A stretch of DNA of 53,447 bases, the filler included, from Ionaspis alba (taxonomy: Eukaryota): NCBI GenBank assembly GCA_964255285.1. It is 3 parts of 3 records of this genome, joined end to end, with 100 filler letters (N's around TTAATTAATTAA, not from the genome) between each part and the next. Parts side by side here need not be neighbours in the genome. Positions count along the whole stretch, not along the records: positions 35,780 to 53,447 come from CAXUUL010000314.1; 2 more parts are not named here. One strand, written 5' to 3'. A program made the position numbers and the translations under genes. The notes beneath the pieces were generated by a model, which saw only the letters and a list, made by a program, of their open reading frames with translations, was not told the DNA's origin and made no database searches. Positions 47,368 through 53,447 of the stretch are shown piece after piece (position 1 is the stretch's first letter; every line of letters starts with the position of its first letter).

Positions 47368-47998
47368 CTATCCCTTCTTCTTCGACACACCAACAGTCCT
47401 ACCCCTCCGTCCAGTGGTCTTCGAGTGCTGACCTCGAACACGGAGACCCCAGTAGTGACGAAGACCACGATGAGCACGGATCTTCTTCAGTCTCTCTAAG
47501 TCCTCACGTAGCTTGCTGTCCATGTTGTTTGCCAATACCTGCGAGTCCTTGCCATCCACGATATCACGTTGTCTGTTGAGGAACCAAGTTGGGATCTTGT
47601 ATTGAGTAGGGTTTTGGATGATGGTGACGATTCGCTCGAGTTCTTCGGAAGTAATTTCACCGGCACTGTGATGGTTTTGATGAGTTTTCGCGTCTTCTGG
47701 GAGGCCTTCGATGGAATTGGCTGGCTTACCGCTTGTTCAAGTCGACGTCGGCTTTCTTGCACACCAGGTTGGAGTAGCGGCGTCCCACGCCCTTTATCTT
47801 CGTCAAGGCGTACATGATCTTCTGCTTGCCGTCGACGTTGGTGTTGAGGAGACGAAGGATGAACTGGAAGTTCGACTTCTCTCCTGAGACGAGCGCTGTG
47901 GTCACATCTGTCAGTCTCTGCTAGTCTGTCTCTATGCCAGGCCGATATATGCATCTCAAGTATAGACCAAGTGAGTCTTAAGTGTGAGACTTACACAT
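47368..47998 (-). CDS. RPS18: 40S ribosomal protein S18 (uS13), 3 exons (47995-47998, 47730-47895, 47368-47665), 155 aa
   Basis: [72 protein letters not shown]. Confidence 0.98.
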
Positions 47999-49048
47999 GA
48001 CGGGCGATGCACTTCGTGGTCAGGTCGATGATTTGATGTCGCTGTCGTCGATAATCAAGATTTCGATTGTGGAGGTTTGAGCATTAGTGCGTCGCTTGTA
48101 GGCGCTACCATCAGCCCTATGAGCTTCCGAAATGCCTCCCCGATTTGACTCCACCTTCTTCACTACACACCATTACTCCAAATCTGGTCCTTGAATGCTA
48201 TTACTCGTACACTAATAGCTGACCCGTCTCGTTGAAACTAGGGCTAATTGCCATTATCTGTGTAGTTCTCGACTCATCCTTCTGCGAAGTGTCGAGGCCG
48301 AGCGTGTTCGCGCCGCTTGGCACTGCGAAAGGGATATCTTCATCCTGCTCCAATTTAAGAAGAGGATGACGCAGCTCAGCACCAATTGACAACGTTCCTG
48401 CAGCCAGTCATCTGCTGCTGGTGCCCTCCCCGTTGGCTCGTTCGTCATCCGTAACTTTGTTTGCAAGCATTGTGCTGTTTGCTGTGCGGCATGTCGAGTT
48501 TCAGCTCATTAATGCAGGACGATTCGGGCTTGTGTCTGCCCACTAGACTCGAAGAAGTACACCAGAACAAGGAGCAGTGTTCCACTTTGTGTCTTGGTCT
48601 CTAGCAAAATGGTGGCTTCCATGAAGGCTGAGTGGAGGACAAGGTGCTTATCTGTTCCATGCGTCGCATCGGCCTGAACACCGAGCGTTATGTCGGCCGT
48701 TTGTTCAGCGCCTCCTGGGGTAAGATCATCCTTACCGTACTACGTTGAGCCGCCTCTATCTGCTCATGATAGGATGAAGCTTTGTGAGTCCTGGTTGGGT
48801 TGGAGGGCTGCGTGTTACAAATGCGAGAACGGAGATCTTCTCATCCGAAGATAGTCCTATCTGTGCTTGTACCTTAATATCACTGGATCTACCTTCAAAA
48901 CCATGGAGCAGAAGCTTTTACGTTCATTGCTACAACGGTGTACTCATTCGATACACTCTTTCTGATTCTTATCTTACCTTCAAGCCTGTGCATTAGCTTC
49001 TACCTTTACCATCTACGTTTCTGAACATACATTCACTTGCTCTTGAAG

Positions 49049-49636
49049 ATGAGATTCATAGCTACATACTCTGTGACAGCCTTAGTGCTGGCAATACTCT
49101 TTGTCCAGGCCGGTTAGTATAGACGACATTTTCCGTGAATGATCAAAATGCGTTTAGATGACTGACATGTTCATCCATAGCACCTCATAATGGAGCAACC
49201 GTGGCTCGCTACGAGGGACCAAGAGGACCGAAAGTCTTCAGATCTCTACCGCGTCTTTCTGTTCGAGCTGTCGATGGTATGATGCTCCTTCTGGTTCATG
49301 ATGGATGATCTGTCTCTCTAACTCTACCTACTCGCAATAGCTGCAGCTGTAAACGCTTCTGATGCCGCTCTCAACGCAACTGTTGCTGCATGCCTCGCTA
49401 ATACTACTGCTGCTGCCAACGCTACCCTCCTCGCCGACGCCGCCCTGAATTTGACCGCTGCAGACTTGGCAAATATGACTGCGGTAGCTGGCAATTTGAC
49501 TGCCTGTGCTACGAATGTCACTATGGCTGCTGGTAGGAAGGCTGGAAAGAAAGGCAAGAAAGGTAAAGGAGGCAAGAAGCATAAAAAGGGGGGTAAAGGG
49601 AAGGTCAACAAGGGCAAGAAGGAGGAGGCTGAATGA
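49049..49636 (+). CDS. Orphan secreted Ala-rich glycoprotein with Lys/Gly-rich tail, 3 exons (49049-49112, 49181-49276, 49341-49636), 151 aa
   Basis: Signal peptide MRFIATYSVTALVLAILFVQA. Introns GTTAGT..CTGAC..TAG and GTATGA..CTAAC..TAG are both phase 1, and the frame is continuous to TGA at 49636. Confidence 0.82.
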
Positions 49637-50002
49637 TGGTAGAGCGGTGCTATCATTAATGCTGTCCTTATCTGGCTATAAGTCGAACAGCATTATGTTG
49701 TGAAGCATGATATTTAGGGCGGTTAGCATTCTAGCACTTCCATCAACCTGTCGTTACAATCCGATCAATGCCAGACATTTATAGAAAGACATCCCTCTAG
49801 TACCGTAGCTGTGGAAATGTAAAAACGAACATGTGAAGAAATCAAATCTCAAACTAGACCATCTCGTCAAGCGTGCTTGAAAGGCGCAATGCTCGAGGAA
49901 GGAAAGGCCAAAAGCAAAGAGTGGGCCAAACTGACGGCAATGATCGAAAGGTCTCGATACCAACCGCGGATATAGATCACGAGGCGCGCCACACGCCCAT
50001 CA

Positions 50003-50018
50003 TGACGTAGCCGAGGGG
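50003..50018 (+). promoter_or_regulatory. Adjacent CRE-like (TGACGTA) and STRE (AGGGG) motifs upstream of the dehydrin-like gene
   Basis: Motif match about 630 nt upstream of ATG 50637. Short motifs, so could be chance. Confidence 0.25.
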
Positions 50019-50636
50019 TTGTTTACATCTCAACAGGCGAAGGCTTCTAGGATCGAACAATGTCAATCAATGGAGACCGAGAAAGAAATACAACAAAAAT
50101 GAATGAACGATTCCTGGGGCTGTTTGATGGATACTGATTATACTCTTCATACAGTGGTGGCTAGCGAAGTATTGTAGACATGTGCATGAAGAAATGGATG
50201 CACCGCCTCAGCAAGCGATCGAGAAGAAAAAAGAAGCGCATCTCGACCGCCAATTGTGCAAAGCAGGACGGCAAGCAGGGAAACAGGTTGATCCGTTCGA
50301 CAGAAAAACAAGGATAAGACAACCTAATGCTGTTGGTAAAGCCGGTGACTGGCTGGAAGCTTCAAGCTAGCCCTCATGCTAGACCCGACAGAGGCGGGTA
50401 ACGTCGTCATTCACCCGCCATTATGGTGGAGAGTGGAGAAAGTGCTCCGGCCTGTGACTTGATGCTCCAGCCTTCCAGCTTCACACTTTACATACAAGAA
50501 CTATTCCTCCTCCGCACCTTCCAACTTCTCTACAAAAGCATACGCACATCTTGCAAAGGTCTGCCTCTGTATTAAAGCAATCGTTGAGATACCCCAAACA
50601 ACAAACAACAGCACTTTGTGTAATTAGTAAATAATC

Positions 50637-53447
50637 ATGGACAAGGTCAAGAACATCCTGTAAGTTCACCGCTTGTTCTGTATTATCCACGCAGATGCTC
50701 ACTTTGCCAATAGCAAACCTGGAGCAGGACATGATGACGAAGTTCTCTATGGATCAGGACAATCATCAGATCCAGTTCATTCGGGCAACACAACCACTGC
50801 ACAGGGTGAGGGAAGTCATTTTGGCAACTCCAGAACAACCGGCTCCGACACCAACCCACTGTCTTCCTCTACCAACCCGAGCTCGACTACTGCCACCTCA
50901 GGGCTAGGTAGCAGCACCACTGGCACTGGAAGTCACAATCCTCTGTCTTCATCGACCAACCCCACCAGCACTACGAGCGGGACGACTTCTGGGTTGGGTT
51001 CTTCAACACTAGGATCTACAGACAATAGCTCTCGTATGGCCCCCAGCGACACCTCAAGCACTACAGCTATTAAATCTGGTATTCCAGGCAACACTCACAC
51101 TGGTACCGGCCTGACAGGATCTTCGGATACTGACAAGGCTCTACCAAGCCAGCCAGGTAGCACTACTGGGACAAGTGGGTTGTCTGGAAGCACTTTACCA
51201 GATCGTAGTGTTGGAAAGTGAGTATTGACCGTAAAACCACCTTTCATAGACATCCTTCGCTAACATCAATCCAGTACAACCTCTGACAGCCGTTCGTTTC
51301 CACTAGGAGGCACGACAGGCACGACTGGCAGTTCGGGACTCGGCTCCAACACCACTGGCTTAGGGTCTTCTACAGACACAACCACTGGCACACCCTATCA
51401 GAGCAATGTTGGACGTGACGCAGCATTAGGAGGCGCCGCGCTTGGCGGAGCTGACCTAGCTGAACATCACCATGGCACTACTGGCAGTGGTTTAGGGACA
51501 AACACAAGCAGAACAACTGGTACCGAATCAGGCATTGGCGGCTTTGGCCCCGAGGCATGGGAGCGCAATCCCCAGCACGAACACACCTTCAAAGGCGAAT
51601 CTCAAGGCCCGGCAGGACATCACGCAACGCGTACTGCGGAGCTGCTGGATCCTGTGCATGGACATGGAAATGTTGTCCACGGCTTGGCTGTTGCGCCAGA
51701 GCTCGCCGGATCCTCTGCTGGCTCTGGTCTGGGCTCTACCACCCGAAGCACCGAGTCAACGACCGGTACCGGTATTGGCTCCACTACTGGATCTGGTCTA
51801 GGCTCGAGCACTCACGGCACCGAGTCGACCACAGGCACTGGTATCGGCTCTACGACAGGATCTGGTCTTGGATCATCTACTGAAGGTCATCATCATGGCG
51901 CACGCGATGCTGCCATTGCCGGTGGTGTAGGTTCAGGTGGAACTGGTGCGCCTCATCATCATGATTCTTCCTCTACTGGAGCACCCGATTATACTCACGA
52001 ACAGCCTCGTCACTCAAGTAAGATTTTGAACAAACTTGACCCGCGATCTGATACCATTCCTATTGAAGAATCGCGTGGTGTCGATAAGCATTCCACTACT
52101 ACAAGCGGTACGAGCGGGTCTACTCATGATCATCATCATGGGAAAGAGGCCGCGGGAGCTGGCGCACTTGCTGGTGCTGGTTATGAAGCTGAGAAGCATC
52201 ATCACAAGATGGACGACACAGCTGCTCCGTCCAGCAGCGCTGCTTATGGTTCTCAGGTTGGATTTGGTAGCCATGAGAGTCGCGATGCAGGTGTTGCCTC
52301 CTACGGTGGTGTCAATGATCCCTTGAATCGCTCTGCAGGACCAACTACATCGACAGGTCAACATCACACAGGCAGAGATGTCGCTGGTGGAGCTGCCGTT
52401 GCCGGTGCGGGATACGAAGCCGGAAAGCATCATCACGGACACGAACCGTCCTCTACCATTGGTGGAACACCTTACGAGCAGCAAGCGGCTGATCCTTCGC
52501 GCACTACTACCGATAAGCATCACCTTGGTAGAGACACTTCTGCTGTTGGAGGCACTGGGCTTGCTGCCACGGAAGATGAGAAGCACCGTCACGGTCACCA
52601 CGACCCGACCAGCACGACTGGTACCACAACCTCCCCTACGCAGCCATCTACGCTTGACAGAGACACCACCGACAAGCACCACACTGGCAGAGATGCCGCA
52701 CTAGGTGCTGGAGCCGCCGGAGGAGCTGCCTATGCCGGCCACGAGTATTCCAAGAAGGAAGCCGAGAAAGAGGCCCATGATCGTGCCAAGGCAGAAGCCA
52801 AGCATGAAAAGGAATTGGAGAAGGAGCACAAGCATCACGACAAGGCAGCTGTCAAGGAAGAAAAGCACGAGGAGAAGAAGCACGGCGGAATTCTTGGATT
52901 GTTCAAGCATGACAAGACCAAGGATGAGCCGAAGAAGGAAGAGCTTGAGCACGATCGCCACGGCAAGTCTCATCATGGTGCAGAGACTGCCGCTGTCGGA
53001 GCTGGAACTGTAGGCGCGGCTGGAGTCGCTGAGCATGAGCACGATCGGAACAGATTGCACAAGGTAAGTGATGTTCCCCCTGGTCTATATACTCTGTTTC
53101 TTACACACAAACCAGGATCCTCCAGCGTCCTTGACCCAAGATACCCACCGCGGTAGCTCAATTACCGATGAAGTCACTGGTCTACCCATCGACCTCTCAA
53201 AGGGTCAGCACACGGGAATGGGAACCGATGATATCCCTCATGGCGAGAGACACACTGCCACCGGTGATCAATTAACTTCTGGAGGCAAGTATCATGATCC
53301 AGCGGGCATGGGATACGGCGCAGCAACTCTTCCTGGTACCGATGTCCCTGGTTCCAAACATGATACTACTACTGGCACTCATGGAACTACGACGACTGGG
53401 ACCCATGGAACTACTACCACTGGAACGCATGGGACAACTGGCACGAC
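50637..53447 (+). CDS. Large Gly/Thr/Ser/His-rich hydrophilin (fungal dehydrin/DPR-like), exons 50637-50659, 50714-51217, 51275-53063, 53116->53447; 3' truncated
   Basis: MDKVKNILKPG start, RSFPLG, repeated HHxGRD(A/V)A..GA blocks, NKLDPR, K/E/H-rich segment, GGILGLF, RNRLHK|DPP. Three in-phase GT-AG introns. Confidence 0.85.
51720..51880 (+). repeat. 69-nt (23-aa) tandem repeat GSGLGS(S/T)T..TESTTGTGIGSTT, about 2.3 copies
   Basis: ACCGAGTC(A/G)AC..GGTAT.GGCTC.AC.AC.GGATCTGGTCT occurs twice, 69 nt apart. Confidence 0.8.
53374..53447 (+). repeat. 24-nt (GTHGTTTT) tandem repeats running off the window end
   Basis: Three CATGG(A/G)AC units spaced 24 nt apart. Confidence 0.75.

Noticed and set aside
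46142..47998. SDO1 convergent with RPS18 as a ribosome-related cluster
   Set aside because: Two housekeeping genes acting on different subunits, with no shared promoter. Adjacency alone is weak evidence.
52014..52682. Long antisense ORFs (also 17930-18628, 30790-31347, 21559-22086)
   Set aside because: Shadow frames of well-supported genes on the opposite strand.

Overview
Gene-dense genomic DNA from a filamentous ascomycete (Pezizomycotina): short GT-AG introns with CTRAC/CTAAT-type branch sites, and fungal-type NimA, CreD, Zds1, CpyA and NACHT-ankyrin genes. The window is not one locus. Two N-runs carry the artificial all-frame-stop linker TTAATTAATTAA (17836-17847, 35724-35735), splitting it into three ~17.7-17.8 kb scaffolds, and six further plain 100-N gaps occur inside them. 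I reconstructed 24 protein-coding genes by hand, several absent or mis-started in the ORF track (con-6, an Alt a 1-like protein, an Ala-rich orphan, the zds1 5' exon, an ArfGAP start). I found no convincing tRNA, rRNA, transposon or CRISPR feature. Most unusual: (1) a PTS1-bearing HAD-family hydrolase with four protein-conserved but synonymously diverged LGDPVSLKAE repeats inserted in its cap region; (2) an orphan secreted protein with eight Asn, all in N-glycosylation sequons, in an Ala-rich segment, followed by a Lys/Gly tail; (3) a possible GA-AG or shifted splice donor; (4) a fungal NLR whose Walker A lies mostly in a 25-nt microexon; (5) recurrent C-rich to G-rich skew switches near gene 3' ends. 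Family assignments come from motif recognition and recall, not database searches.
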